This document shows, one piece after another, positions 17,801-29,300 of a DNA stretch of 44,117 nucleotides. The position numbers and the translations under genes are program-made. The notes under the pieces are model-generated. The model had not been told where the DNA came from, searched no databases, and worked only from the letters and a program-made list of their open reading frames with translations. The DNA is from Verrucomicrobiota bacterium (GTDB taxonomy: Bacteria; Verrucomicrobiota; Verrucomicrobiia; Limisphaerales; SIBE01). The stretch's first letter is position 1. Every line of letters begins with the position of its first letter. The stretch covers positions 1-44,117 of the forward strand of contig JACPRI010000298.1 in assembly GCA_016190065.1 (NCBI GenBank). Reading direction: 5' to 3'.

Positions 17801-20155
17801 TCATCTGCCGGCGTTGGCGCCCGCGCGGTAGCTTTCCAGCCGCGCGGCCATTTTTCTGGCGAGATCGTCCTTGCCTGACGCGCGGGCCAATTGAAGGGCA
17901 TGCTGCGCGGAGCGAATCGCCTCGGTCATACGCCCGGCCTTGGCGTAAGACACCGACAGCCAATCGTGCAGGACCACCGATGAATCGATCTCGGGCTTGA
18001 GCGCCACAGCGCTGGCATGATGTCGAAGCGAATCTTCGAGGACGCCTTGCGCCGCCAAGGCCAAGGCCAGGAGATAATGAACTTCGGCGTTCCCTGAGTC
18101 CAACCGCACTGACTCGTTAAGATGTTCTGAAGCTTCGGCGAAGCGCCTTTGCTGCACCAAGGCGCGTCCGAGATAAAAACGAACCGCTTGGGGCTTGTAA
18201 TGGCTGTCTGCGCTCAACGGCAATGACTCCAAGGCCGCTTTGAGATGGCCGACGGCTTGATCGGTTTTGTTCTGGCTCAGCAAGGCCATGCCCATATCAC
18301 AGCGAGCAAGTCCGTTCCTGGGATCAAGCCGAAGCGCTTCCGCGGTGTGCGCCAGTCCTTCTTGGAATTCATGTTTGGCATTGAACAGCAAGAATCCGAG
18401 CCGCTGATGCGCGTTGACATTCTTCGGATTCAATCCGAGCGCCTGGCGATATTTTTCAATGGCTCGGTCCGGCTCGCCGGAACGATAGAACTCATTGCCC
18501 GCTCGCTCGAAGGAGTAGTCGTCGAGAAACTGTTCCCGGATTTTCACAATCGCGCCGGGAGACAAGTTGACGAATTCAGGAATGTTCGCCGCACGGTCGG
18601 GGGCGGTCATATGGGCCAGCGACACGGCGGGAGAACTCTCGCCTTGCTCGTCAATATGAGTGAGAAACAGTTGGGTGTAGGGCGAATTTGCTTTGGAGGA
18701 GAAGACCAGCCAGCGGCTGTTGGGCGACCAACTGTGCCAGGAATTCATGCGCGCAGTGTTGGCGCGCAACCGGCGGGCTGAGCCGCCACTGGACGGGATG
18801 ATGTAAAGCTCGCTGTCAGGTTGGAGCAGCATGTAGTTGGCGGCGCGGCAAAAAACGATCCATTGGCCATCGGGCGAGTAACGCGGGAAATAATTGCTGA
18901 AACCGTTATTGGATGCGCCCTCCAACGGCTCCGATTTCCCGCCTTTGCCGCCGTTATACGGGAGGCGATACAGATCGAAGCGGAAGGGTTTGCCTTCTTT
19001 GAGGAACTCCCGGCATTCATCCGGCGTGAGCAACACCTTCCCTTGACCGGCGGTGTGGCGGAGGTCGTCGGCCTTCGTCCGAGCGAAAACCAGGTATTGA
19101 CCGTCCGGACTCCACGCCGGATTGCTTTGCACATAGCCCGGATCATCGGCGCCGGGCAACGGCGCGAAGGTCCGCGTCTCGCGGTCAAACACCACCAGGA
19201 TGCCTTTGATCGGAAAGAAAAGCTGCGAGAACGCGAGGTCCGGTTTGGGGACGAACACCGATTTGTCTTTCACCGTGCTGACGACGCGTTTGCCGTCCGG
19301 CGAGACCTGCGACAACAAGCCGAAGGTGAGTTCGCCGTCTTCGCGGCGATAATCGTCCCAGGTGATGATGTCCTTCGGAGCGAGCGTCATCTGGGGCGCG
19401 GATTCGGTAATGACATACGAGCCTTTGCTGTTGGCGTAATCCACGTCCATGCCGAACACCTGGCCGTCACGCGAAAAGGAGTGGCAATTGCCACACACGG
19501 GCAATTTCTCCAAGACGACCGGTGGCGGGTGCGGAGAATCGATCGGCCCAAAGCGCCAGCGAATTTTGCTCGGGTCTTTGACCGCTTCTTCAAAAGGCAG
19601 GTTCACCTCACGATAAAAAAGCGGCGCGCCCACCCGGTCCTTGCTGGTCGCGAACGTGACGGCGCCACGGGAAAGCACGCGACGCGGATGGTTGGGATTG
19701 AAACCCAAGATTGTCACTCGAGCTGGCCGGTCCGTCGAACGTGCTTTGAGGACCTCCCAGGTTTCCGAATCGGGCCGCCACTCGGCCAAGGGCACTGATA
19801 ACTGAAGACTGTTCGAGGCTCCGTGGAATTGCACGTGAACGAGCCAGGCTTCCACGCCGGATTGGTCGTCCGCCCATCGAAAAACCGGCGGCGGCATTTC
19901 CGGCGGGAACAGAGTTGCATCCAGCGGATTGAGAATTTGTATCTGCGGACGGTGGGCTTGTGAGTCAATCGCCGCCAGGGGCGAATCCTCCACCGACTGC
20001 GCTGCGGTGACCGGGAGGCTCAGACTGAGGAGCATGAGGACGATAGCGCTGCCAGGCATTTCACAAGTGGTGGCGAAGCTCACTGCAACCATCTTAGCGA
20101 GGACAATTTTACGCGTCTTGATCGCAGTCAAAAACCAAGACGCGAGAATTGTCAC
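17801..20155 (-). CDS. Secreted TolB-like (PD40) beta-propeller protein with CxxCH motif and C-terminal TPR repeats (true start probably about 20060-20090)
   Basis: VCGNCH; SPDG/WSP repeats; MNSWHSWSPNSRWLVFSSK; TPR helices (A..LNPKN..AH..LG). Confidence 0.85.
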   Translation of the reverse strand: MTILASWFLTAIKTRKIVLAKMVAVSFATTCEMPGSAIVLMLLSLSLPVTAAQSVEDSPLAAIDSQAHRPQIQILNPLDATLFPPEMPPPVFRWADDQSGVEAWLVHVQFHGASNSLQLSVPLAEWRPDSETWEVLKARSTDRPARVTILGFNPNHPRRVLSRGAVTFATSKDRVGAPLFYREVNLPFEEAVKDPSKIRWRFGPIDSPHPPPVVLEKLPVCGNCHSFSRDGQVFGMDVDYANSKGSYVITESAPQMTLAPKDIITWDDYRREDGELTFGLLSQVSPDGKRVVSTVKDKSVFVPKPDLAFSQLFFPIKGILVVFDRETRTFAPLPGADDPGYVQSNPAWSPDGQYLVFARTKADDLRHTAGQGKVLLTPDECREFLKEGKPFRFDLYRLPYNGGKGGKSEPLEGASNNGFSNYFPRYSPDGQWIVFCRAANYMLLQPDSELYIIPSSGGSARRLRANTARMNSWHSWSPNSRWLVFSSKANSPYTQLFLTHIDEQGESSPAVSLAHMTAPDRAANIPEFVNLSPGAIVKIREQFLDDYSFERAGNEFYRSGEPDRAIEKYRQALGLNPKNVNAHQRLGFLLFNAKHEFQEGLAHTAEALRLDPRNGLARCDMGMALLSQNKTDQAVGHLKAALESLPLSADSHYKPQAVRFYLGRALVQQRRFAEASEHLNESVRLDSGNAEVHYLLALALAAQGVLEDSLRHHASAVALKPEIDSSVVLHDWLSVSYAKAGRMTEAIRSAQHALQLARASGKDDLARKMAARLESYRAGANAGR

Positions 20156-20328
20156 GGGCGCAGCAATTCTCGAAGAGAGCTTCGATCGTCACGGCCGTTT
20201 CATGTTGTGTTGGCGGCACAACCCTCGGGTGGCTTACCGGAGGTAGGCGTTCCGCGTAGAGGCGATGCTGGAAGGGCCTGATTGTTCCGGCGCTCGGTTG
20301 GCCGTAGCTTCGGATGGAAAGCGAGGAT

Positions 20329-20587
20329 GACTATGAGAAAGCACGGCTTTGTCGCCGGACAACTGGAAAGAACGAACCAGCCGTCACGGAGGATTGAAAC
20401 TTCGCGTTTGCCTGAAGCGACCCGGACCACCGCTGGCGTTGCTCATCACGGCAAGGATGCGCCGGATCGCAGCACAACGGATTCATTCGTGCAAGAGATT
20501 CGCGAACGAGCCAACAAGATCACCGAGGTGATGGAGCAACTCTTGCGTCGATCGAACACCGACCGGCCCTGGGGATTGCACGAGTGA
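20329..20587 (+). CDS. Possible small hypothetical protein
   Basis: Open frame filling the gap; no recognisable motif. Confidence 0.25.
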
Positions 20588-20601
20588 CGGCCTGAACGCT
20601 A

Positions 20602-22161
20602 TCACCGCCGCAGCACCTCCGGACGGGCAAATGAATTGCCCTTGTTGCGAAGGATGAGCAACGAGGGGCCTTCCTTCTCCCAACGCGCCGTGAGCTTGTC
20701 CGGCGCGCGAAACGGCGTCTTGAACGCCGCTCCCAGCGCCAGGTCGATATCTCCATCGGCATCCAGATCGCCGGCGTCCATGGTCAGCCACCGGCCTCGT
20801 TCGCAATCTGGAAATGTCCGCGCCTCGAACTGAAGGTTGCCGCGGTTCTCCAGATACACAAAACTCTCTTCCGGCGACCGTTCGTAATCGGGAAAAAATG
20901 AAATGGAGGCAATGTCGAGATCGCCGTCCTGATCGAAATCCGCGGCGAGAGCCTTGTAGGCGCCATTCAGAGGAAAGAAAAACACCTCACGAAATTTGAA
21001 CTTGCCGTCGTTGAGGTAAATGCGGACGCCATGGTAACGCTTGGGCGGGCACTCGAAGTCGCCGAGGTCGCCGTTGGCCGTCAACAGGTCAAGGTGGCCG
21101 TCCCGGTTGAAATCGACGATTTGCAGGCTGACAAAACCCCAGGCGGGCGGCTCGGTAATCAGGGGAATCTCAGTGAAATGATCGCCGCCTTCATTGCGAA
21201 AAAGAAAAACGCCTTCCTTCGCCTGGGCGATGAGAGCGATGATATCCAGCCGGCCATCGTGGTTGGAATCCAGCAGCGCGCAGCGCGTGGCGCCCGGCCG
21301 ATCCATCAAGACGTGCTCGGTGTAGTTCGTGCCCCCGCGGTTTTTATACCAGGCCAACTGGCCTGAGACACCGTTGCGATTTCCGTAACTGCACACAACC
21401 AGATCCGATCGCCCGTCCCCGTCCAAATCGCCGGCCGCACAGTCAATGGGCCGGACCAGGTTGGTCAGCACGTCGCGCTCACGGGCAAAGGGCAGTCCCG
21501 TCCGAGAAAAGCGAGTGAGCCGGCCCAGCGGTCGATCATCGGGGACAACCATGCCAATCTGGACGCCGAGCCAGCCGCCAGGTTGACGCAGCAACTGGAC
21601 CAGCGTGCTGTCCACTTTCAAGCTCGCCAGGCCGCGGCCTTGTTGGTCGAGCACGTCCAGGCTGCGAGTCAGCGCGTTGCCGACGTAAATTTGGCGAGTC
21701 TCCGGATCGATCTGAAGCAAGGTAGAGTAGCAGAGACCCTGGCGGTAATGCGGATCCTCGACGCTGAATAGCTTAAGTTCGCGCTGAATCGAGGCTCGCG
21801 GAGCTTGCGGGATGGCCTCCTTGGGAGCCGCCTGGAAATAGTAATCCTCCCACACCGACCACCAGTCCGCGGCGGCCTCCTTGTCGGAGGGATTGGGTTT
21901 CGGATCGAACCCGGCATTCCTGCACATCAAGTGCACCACGTGCGTGCGCCACGTTTTCACGTCGTGGAGATCCGGCTCCGGATAGACATGGCATGGCGTG
22001 CAGTACGTCCGAGAGAGTTCCTGCGCGCGTTTGAATTCCGGGGTTGGCGACGGAATCAACTGGGAGAGGCAACTGGTGCTCGCGGCCAGCCAAAGCGCCA
22101 ACGTAGCGCCGATTTGCAATCTGCCGTATCGATTCCGAGAGCAACATGGGTTCGCTTTCAT
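20602..22161 (-). CDS. FG-GAP/VCBS repeat protein with N-terminal cytochrome-c-like CxxCH domain
   Basis: YCTPCH..PEP..W...V..M; repeated D(L/F)DGDG..D motifs; ATG 22161 overlaps the upstream TGA (ATGA). Confidence 0.85.
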   Translation of the reverse strand: MKANPCCSRNRYGRLQIGATLALWLAASTSCLSQLIPSPTPEFKRAQELSRTYCTPCHVYPEPDLHDVKTWRTHVVHLMCRNAGFDPKPNPSDKEAAADWWSVWEDYYFQAAPKEAIPQAPRASIQRELKLFSVEDPHYRQGLCYSTLLQIDPETRQIYVGNALTRSLDVLDQQGRGLASLKVDSTLVQLLRQPGGWLGVQIGMVVPDDRPLGRLTRFSRTGLPFARERDVLTNLVRPIDCAAGDLDGDGRSDLVVCSYGNRNGVSGQLAWYKNRGGTNYTEHVLMDRPGATRCALLDSNHDGRLDIIALIAQAKEGVFLFRNEGGDHFTEIPLITEPPAWGFVSLQIVDFNRDGHLDLLTANGDLGDFECPPKRYHGVRIYLNDGKFKFREVFFFPLNGAYKALAADFDQDGDLDIASISFFPDYERSPEESFVYLENRGNLQFEARTFPDCERGRWLTMDAGDLDADGDIDLALGAAFKTPFRAPDKLTARWEKEGPSLLILRNKGNSFARPEVLRR

Positions 22162-25100
22162 CTTATCTCGGGTGAATCCCATGTCACCGTGATCTCGCGG
22201 CTGGAAACCGGGACCGGCGTGAGTGTGGTTCTCCCTCCCGGCCAGCGCACCCAGAGATGCGACGCAGGTTCCGGTTGCGCCAGCACGAGCAGCGGGCTGT
22301 CCTGCGACCAATATCCGGAACCGGAGCGCACTTCGCGCGCCGGACCGAAGCGATCTCCAAATTTCAGCCGAACCACCGCGCCAATCACGGGCCCTCCGTC
22401 GCCGCGCTTCTGGAGACGCACTCGAAGGCCAGGGTTCGCCGCACGGTTTCGATAAAGTTTTGTTGCGGCATTGTTTTGTGTCACGACGAGGTCCACGCGA
22501 CCGTCGCCGTCGAAATCCGCGACTGCAGCGCCGCGCTGCTCACCATAGACCGTGACGCCGCTGGCTTGGGCCGGAACGGCCTCGAACTGCGCATGTCCAT
22601 CTCCGCGCAACCAGAGTCCGCGTCCGGCGTCGTCGCGCGAAGTCTCCGTGTCCCGGCCAAAAAAATTCTGGCTTAGGAACACATCCTCCCGCCCGTCGCC
22701 ATCGGCATCCGCTACGCACGCGGCGAACGCCGGAGCAAGCTGCGCTTCGAGAGGAAGCGGCACGGCCTCGAAATGGTCGTGCCGATTCAGCAACACGAGG
22801 GAGGTGCGGCAAACCGTTTCTTTGAATCGCGTTTCGGCTTGGCAATCCTTCAGCACCGTGTCGATGTCTGTTTTGGCCCAGGCTGCATAAGTTGGGAAGG
22901 CTTCTGTCAGGAAGGGCATCGCCCGCGCGTAACGGTCCAGCGATCGGTCCGGTACAAATTTCCCACGCCGGTCGTCAAGGCCGGCTTCGATGATCTCGAC
23001 GATTCCATCACGATCGTAGTCTCCGTAGTACACCCGGACCGCGCGCGGGCCATAATGCTCGAAATAGGAATTGTGGCCCCAATTGGCCGCCAGCAAATCG
23101 AGCGCGCCATCGCCATCAAAATCGCCGCTCGTGATTCCGTTCCACCAGCCGGTGAGTTGGGTGAGAGTTGAGAGTTGAGAGTCGAGAGTTGAGAAATTTT
23201 TGGCCAGCGTCACGGGCCAATTCCAGGGTTTCAGCACGCCGGTTTCGTAGCGAAAGATGAGGATCGGGCCCCATTCACAGGCGAGAATCAGTTCTGGCTT
23301 CCCGTCGCCATCCAGATCGCTGAACAAGGCTCCGCTCACGAGCCCCGTTTTCTCGAGGGTTTTGTTGCTCTCGGCGTCGAGGCGAAATCTCCCGTTGTCG
23401 TGCAGAAAGAGCCGCGACGTCGCGGACTCGGGGTAGCGCCCTGGCACGACTCTGCCTCCGACAAACAGGTCGAGATCACCATCCCCGTCGTAGTCGGCCA
23501 CCGCCAACGGGCCGGTCGAGGATTCAGAGCCGGGGACCAAGGACGCCGGTGCGGTCGTGCGTGCGCTCCAGAGTTCGACCGCCGGTCCGTTGGTCGAACC
23601 AACTTCGTAATTCGAGACACCGACCAACAGGCGGCCTCCTTCCCAGCCGGCGAGTCCGGACTGATCTTGCTCAGCGAGCCGATCCCAGACTCCTCCCTGC
23701 AAGCGCTCGAATGCTCCCTGGCCATTGTTGCGGTATGCCGCAAGTTTCCCGCCACGTCCAGCGCCGACCATCAAATCATCCCGGCCGTCTCCATCCAGGT
23801 CCCACCACGCCACGCCTGGACCGAGCTGGCTGAGACGGCGCGTGAGCAAAGGCTGGCGCGCGAAATCGTCGAACAGCGCGTCTTGGTGCCGATGATTGAT
23901 CCGATCGCTCACGTCCTCGAAAAGCGTGGGGGACTGGGAGCGTGGAGCGTGATCCGTGACGCGTGAGAGAGTTGACGAAGACGCTGCAACGCTCGGACGC
24001 TTGGACGCTTCAACTCCAGGATCGGCACCGGCCAGCGGTTCTTCGATTTCGCAGATGGAATCGGGGCGAACGTCTCGCACGACGCTGCGCTTGCCCCGGC
24101 GCCAGTCCACTTCGATGGTGAGGCGATTCGTCGAAGCGCCCGCCGCGAAGGCTCGTTGGGGTTGATCGCTCGACAAATAGCGCCCACCGCAAATGATCTC
24201 TTGCGATTGGCTGACCGGACCGCCGGTGACGCGGATGCGCGCGCCGATCCCGGCGGTGTTCGGCCGCAAGCCACGCAGGCGCACCGCCACCCGCGGCGCC
24301 GAGCTGTCATTCCGGTAAATCCCGGCGGCGCTGTTCAGATTGTTCAGGACCACGTCCATGTCACCGTCATTGTCCAGATCCGCGAGGCAGGCGCCCTGAG
24401 AAATACCCGCGTCGGCAAAACCCCAGGCTGCGCCGCACTCGGCAAAGCGCAGTTGGCCGAGATTGCGAAAGGCGACGTTGGGCGTATTGAGCACCGGGAA
24501 CAACCGGCGCATGCGAAGTTCCTCGGCGCCGGAAAGTCGTTGAGCCGCTTTGGCGGCATCGATCTGCTTCAGGATATCGAGATTCATGTTGTCGCGGATG
24601 AAACCATTCGGCACGAGCACATCCTCAAAACCGTCTAGGTCCACATCGAGCAGGATGGGGTTCCACGACCACTCGGAAGCTTCGAGGCCGGAATATGGGG
24701 CGATTTCAGCATAGGTGCCGTCGCCGCGATTCAGGAAAACCGTGTTGCGAGGATATTGCGGCCGCGCCTCGATCACGCCCGCGGGCGCAAGCTCGGCGCG
24801 GCTGATGTTGCGCTGCACCAGACGCCGCTCGTGATCCCGGCTGAGCATGTCCACGACAATGACATCATCAAAGCCGTCGCGGTTCAAATCACCGGTATCC
24901 AGCGCCATCGAAGCCAGACTGGTGTGGCGGAAGGTCAACGCCGGGGCGGCGCGAAAGCGTCCTTGGCCGTCGTTCAACCAGAAGCGGTCGGGCGTGCCGA
25001 AATCATTGCACACATACAGGTCCGGCCAGCCATCCCCGTTGAAGTCGCGGAACATCGCGGCCAATCCCCAGTCAAACGGCGACTGACTCAACAGTTGGCC

Positions 25101-25958
25101 GCGCTCGTCACGGAAGGTGCCGCGGTCAAACGGCTCGTGCTTGAAGCCGCCTCGGCCATCGTTGAGAAAAAGGGCGTCGGGCTCGCCTAATTCTTCGTGA
25201 GAGAAACGCCCTCGGCCATCCGATCCCAAAGCGATCTGAACGACGAAACGGTTGGTCCATTCGGGATCGGTCAGGGACTTGCCATTGATCCGATTCAGCA
25301 GGGGCTGGCCATTGACCATTCTGAAACTGAACCGTGTTCCCGGCGCGTCCATGATTGTCGCTGACCGATAGTTCACCACATAGACGTCGAGGTCACCGTC
25401 GCCATCGACGTCAGCCAGAGCCAGGGAAGTGCCCCCGCGGTGCTCGTTCAGCACAGGAGCACACTGCTCGAAGTGTGCTCTGCCGTTGTTAAGGAACAGG
25501 TGCGTTCCGCCGCCGATCGAATTCACGATCAGGTCAAGATCGCGGTCTCCGTCGAGGTCGGCCAGAGCGGCGCCGGTGGCGTCGAGTCCGGCACAGGCCA
25601 CGCCCGCGGCAGCGGTGATGTCCTGAAACCGCCATTGGCCAAGGTTTCGGTAGAGTTTGTTGTCCGAATTGAGGCCGCAGAAATACAAATCGCACCAGCC
25701 ATCGCCATCCACGTCGCCCGCGGCGACCCCGGAACCGTTCGGCAAGATTTGGTTCGTGAGCGAGCGCGAATCCGGGAGTACGTTGGTGAACCCAAGGCCG
25801 GTTTGTTCGGCTGCGAGACGCGTGAAGCCGGTGTGGCCTGAACCAACGGGAACAACTGCCGTGGAGAAGGAATTCTGTCGGTCGAATGAATCACTGGCTC
25901 TGGCAGTCAACCCTGTCAGCAGGAGCAGCAGGGGCCAGACCGGTGCAGCCAGCCGCAT
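22158..25958 (-). CDS. CRTAC1/ASPIC-UnbV family protein with FG-GAP repeats (two UnbV-type regions)
   Basis: GSGVAAGDVDGDGWCDL, many DxDGDG repeats, N..GIGARI.V...GGRYLS and GSGYWSQ...VRWP.G; signal peptide MRLAAPVWPLLLLL at 25958. Confidence 0.88.
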   Translation of the reverse strand: MRLAAPVWPLLLLLTGLTARASDSFDRQNSFSTAVVPVGSGHTGFTRLAAEQTGLGFTNVLPDSRSLTNQILPNGSGVAAGDVDGDGWCDLYFCGLNSDNKLYRNLGQWRFQDITAAAGVACAGLDATGAALADLDGDRDLDLIVNSIGGGTHLFLNNGRAHFEQCAPVLNEHRGGTSLALADVDGDGDLDVYVVNYRSATIMDAPGTRFSFRMVNGQPLLNRINGKSLTDPEWTNRFVVQIALGSDGRGRFSHEELGEPDALFLNDGRGGFKHEPFDRGTFRDERGQLLSQSPFDWGLAAMFRDFNGDGWPDLYVCNDFGTPDRFWLNDGQGRFRAAPALTFRHTSLASMALDTGDLNRDGFDDVIVVDMLSRDHERRLVQRNISRAELAPAGVIEARPQYPRNTVFLNRGDGTYAEIAPYSGLEASEWSWNPILLDVDLDGFEDVLVPNGFIRDNMNLDILKQIDAAKAAQRLSGAEELRMRRLFPVLNTPNVAFRNLGQLRFAECGAAWGFADAGISQGACLADLDNDGDMDVVLNNLNSAAGIYRNDSSAPRVAVRLRGLRPNTAGIGARIRVTGGPVSQSQEIICGGRYLSSDQPQRAFAAGASTNRLTIEVDWRRGKRSVVRDVRPDSICEIEEPLAGADPGVEASKRPSVAASSSTLSRVTDHAPRSQSPTLFEDVSDRINHRHQDALFDDFARQPLLTRRLSQLGPGVAWWDLDGDGRDDLMVGAGRGGKLAAYRNNGQGAFERLQGGVWDRLAEQDQSGLAGWEGGRLLVGVSNYEVGSTNGPAVELWSARTTAPASLVPGSESSTGPLAVADYDGDGDLDLFVGGRVVPGRYPESATSRLFLHDNGRFRLDAESNKTLEKTGLVSGALFSDLDGDGKPELILACEWGPILIFRYETGVLKPWNWPVTLAKNFSTLDSQLSTLTQLTGWWNGITSGDFDGDGALDLLAANWGHNSYFEHYGPRAVRVYYGDYDRDGIVEIIEAGLDDRRGKFVPDRSLDRYARAMPFLTEAFPTYAAWAKTDIDTVLKDCQAETRFKETVCRTSLVLLNRHDHFEAVPLPLEAQLAPAFAACVADADGDGREDVFLSQNFFGRDTETSRDDAGRGLWLRGDGHAQFEAVPAQASGVTVYGEQRGAAVADFDGDGRVDLVVTQNNAATKLYRNRAANPGLRVRLQKRGDGGPVIGAVVRLKFGDRFGPAREVRSGSGYWSQDSPLLVLAQPEPASHLWVRWPGGRTTLTPVPVSSREITVTWDSPEIR
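23153..23194. repeat. Tandem heptamer (GAGAGTT)n inside the CRTAC1 CDS
   Basis: GAGTTGGGT GAGAGTT GAGAGTT GAGAGTC GAGAGTT GAGA, translated as STLDSQLSTLTQL. Confidence 0.7.
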
Positions 25959-26025
25959 TATTCTCAGCCGAAAGTTTCCAGAGGGAACTGGAGAGCACAT
26001 GCGCCGCGTGTCCCAGCCAGGCCCC

Positions 26026-26160
26026 GTAGCGCGGATTTTCCATCTGCTGCCTCGTGGAATTGCATGCCGCACGCTTCCGAAAAGGTCGAGCGCCTTGGAA
26101 CTTGCCAAAGCATCGCCGATTGAAAATCGGCGATACGGCAGAGTGCAACTCTGCGCTACG
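26026..26160. repeat. REP-like inverted repeat GTAGCGCGGATTTTCCATCTGCTG ... CGGCAGAGTGCAACTCTGCGCTAC
   Basis: GTAG-headed arms with internal palindromes (CCGATTGAAAATCGG); a half copy occurs at 22103-22130. Confidence 0.75.
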
Positions 26161-26315
26161 GCGGAAGGCCCGCTAAACAAATACCCCAGCCGGTCGGATG
26201 GTGGCTGCAATGAGTCAAGTACATGGTGACTCATCGAGACACGCGAGTGTGGTTGGCGAAGGCTCCGACCACAGCACGCAAGGCGGCGTGCGTTCCCCAT
26301 CTCAGGCAAAGTCAC

Positions 26316-26349
26316 AAAAAGAAAAAAGACCGGGCCGAAGCCCGGTCTC
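26316..26349 (-). terminator. Intrinsic terminator
   Basis: AGACCGGGC-TTCG-GCCCGGTCT followed by TTTTTCTTTTT, about 25 nt after the stop at 26373. Confidence 0.9.
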
Positions 26350-26372
26350 TTGTTACTTCATGACCGCAAGGG

Positions 26373-29300
26373 TTATTGGCCCTTGACCCGGAAGTACGTG
26401 GCTTGACCGGTCGCGCCGGTGCTGTAGGGCTTGGTGGCGCCAACGTCGGTCCACGGCCCGGTGACGCTCGCGGCCGACTGCAGCGTGCCGTCACCCTCCC
26501 ACGTGATGGAGATATTTGGCTTGGCCCAGGTCACCGTCAAGCGGCCTGGCGCGGCGCCGCCCACTTTGAAGTCGCCGTATTGACGGAACTTCGCCACGGA
26601 CGAATGCCCGACTCCATTGCCGGTTTCGTTGTTGTTCATCTCCGGCGAGTAGTAGATGCCGACGAGCAATTTGTCCGGCATCGGTTCGGTGGTGAACGTC
26701 TGCGCGCCGTAGGAGGTCCAGCTCTTGCCGTCGGCGCTGTAGAAGCCGGTGAACGTCTGGCCGGTCCGCTGCATGCGCATCCAGGCATTCGGATAGCTCG
26801 GAGTTCCGGCGCCGGTGCCGCCGTAATTGCCGCCATCCGTCAGGCGCCAGTCAGCCTCGAATTGGTTGTTGCCGCCGCTTCCGTTCCACTGCACGGCCGG
26901 GTTTGCGCGCAGGAAGTAGCGCTTGGCCATCGTGTAACCGCCATTGACCTGAGCCCGGGTCACGCCTTCATCGGCATTCGGCGTTGCCGCCATGCCCGCT
27001 CGCGCCCATTGGCTGGTCGGATCGTGATACTCGACGCGAACGACTTTGTCGAAGTCGCCGGTCACTTCTTCATAAACGAAGGTGGCTTCGTCGTAGTTGT
27101 TCCAATTCGCCGTGCCGCCACTGACCAGGTCGAAGTCCTGATCGCCCGAGGCGATGGCGTCGTCCGGCCAGAGAGAAGGATCCGGGGCGGCGGTCAAACC
27201 TCCCCCGAGCTCGCCTTCCACGTAGTCGTTGCCGCCCATTGCGGCCCACTTCATCTTTTGTGTCACCTTAATCGATCGGGCTTCTCCGGCGGCCGCAATA
27301 GCGTTGCCCTTGAGGTCTTTGACGTTCTTGGCGGTCACTGTGATGGTGTCGCCTGGGGAGATTCCCGACGTGGTCAGGACCACGGCGTAGCCGTTGAACG
27401 GCCCTTTCGTGCCCACCACGAAATTGGCGGCCTCGCCTTCGTGCGCGAACTGTTGATACCGCACGCCGGTCACGGTGCCCTTGGACAAAGCGAAATTGGC
27501 GGCCGTGCTGGCCGACACTTTTTCCACCGATTCATCGAACCGGAGACCGATCTCAACCGCCGTGCCCTTGATCAACGAGCCCACTCCGTCAAGCTTCGGC
27601 GGGAATGTGTCCGGCACCACCGTCAGCGTCGCCGCTGAACTCTGAGTGGAAAAGGTCGGCACGCTGAGGGCAACTCGGTACTTCGCACCGCTGTCCGCCA
27701 GAGACAGGACTGGCGTTGTGTAAGAACTCGCTGTCGCCCCGCTGATGTCCGAGAATGTCGAGCTGCCGGGCGGCGCCTTTTGCCATTGGTAGCTCACGGT
27801 CGTTCCGTAAGCGGAGGTGCCCGTCGCTCCGACGCTGAGTTTGGCCGTGCGGTTTTCCTGCCCGGTGATGTCTTGCGGTTGCTGGGCAATGGTCACATTG
27901 GCCCCGTTTGGATCGAGGAACGTGCCGATGGCGCTGCCCCGCATTCTCATGCCCGCCGTGCTGGTGGCCGGGTCGGCTTCGCCTTCCTTGATGAATGTGA
28001 CATCCACGCCGTCACCGCCTCCGCCCTCATCAACCAGCGCTTCGATGTAGTACCGCTTGCCGGCTTGGAGGGTGATGGCGTTGCCCGTGGGCCATTCCGT
28101 GCCGGGGAATTGGTCGGAACGCTTGGTGTCCGCGCCGCCACCGTTGGCGGTGAGCCATTGGTACTGGTTGCTCCAACCCGTTTCCTGAGCGACCAACTTC
28201 TTGTTCGCGGGATTTTCGTCCGTGCTCAGATAAACATTGCTCGCGTCATCCGAGGACGTGAAGAAGACAAAGTTGCCGCTGCTGGGTGGGACGAAGAAAC
28301 CCGAGACCCGGGCGGAGTAATTGTCGCGGGCTCCCCAGGGCGCGCCGAACTGGGTCACCGCCGAACTGAAATCCGGCGGACGAATGGAGCCAGCGGTAAT
28401 CGAGTCGGCAAACGCGGTGATGTTTCCGGGATCGCCGTTTTCATTGTGCCAGCGTTCGTAGGTGGCCCACCCGGTCTGAAATTTGTCGGCCAGGAAATTG
28501 AAAGTACTGTTCGCTACAAGGGCGTTGTTGGCGGTGTCTTTCACGTTGCTCACGGTGAGTGTGAGGGTCGCGCCCTCGCTTTGCTTGCTGGTTTTCAGCA
28601 CCACCTGGTTGTCGTTCGGCGCGGCACTCAGTGTGGCTGACGACACGGTAATTCCGCCCGAGAGTTTATAGTTTGCGGCGGCTTGTGCGGTCGTCGCGTC
28701 CAGCGGCTCGGAGAATGTGACCTTGATCGAATCCAAGGTTGCGGAACCAATGGCCGAGACAATCTTGGGCGGCTCAGTGTCCGGCGTCACGGTCACCACC
28801 GAGCTGGCGCTGATGACTTCCTTGCCCGCGCCAAAAAGCCGGGCGCTGTAGGTTCCCGAATCGCTGATCTGCGCCAGCTTGACGGTGTAGGTCGCCGCCG
28901 TCGCCCCTTTGATATCGGTGCCATCCTTGCGCCACTGATAATGAACCGGATCGCCCGTCGCCGCCACCGTGAGCACGAGCGGCTTGTTGGCGTTGATTGA
29001 GACCGTCGAGGCAGGCTGAGTCGTGATGGCGATGGGAACCGCAACGTGCGCATCGAAATTGCTGAACACCGCTTTGCCCCCATTGGGGTCCGCATCATTG
29101 TGGGCCGTCACGGCCAGTCCAAACAGAATAGTCGTCGGCCAAGCCTGGTTGAAAGACGAGGCGTTGTCTGCTCCTGGAGGGCTCGAACCCGCCGTGTCCA
29201 AGAGGGTCGGCTGATACATCGTCCAGTTCTTTCCATCCGTGCTGTAATACAGGTAGAAGACGCTGCCCAGGCGCTCCATACGCAGCCAAGTGTTGGGATA

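Noticed and set aside
26376-28640. Long plus-strand ORFs (420 and 286 aa) and similar antisense ORFs elsewhere (1349-2338, 15619-16767, 32546-33703)
   Set aside because: Shadow frames opposite well-supported high-GC genes, with no recognisable motifs
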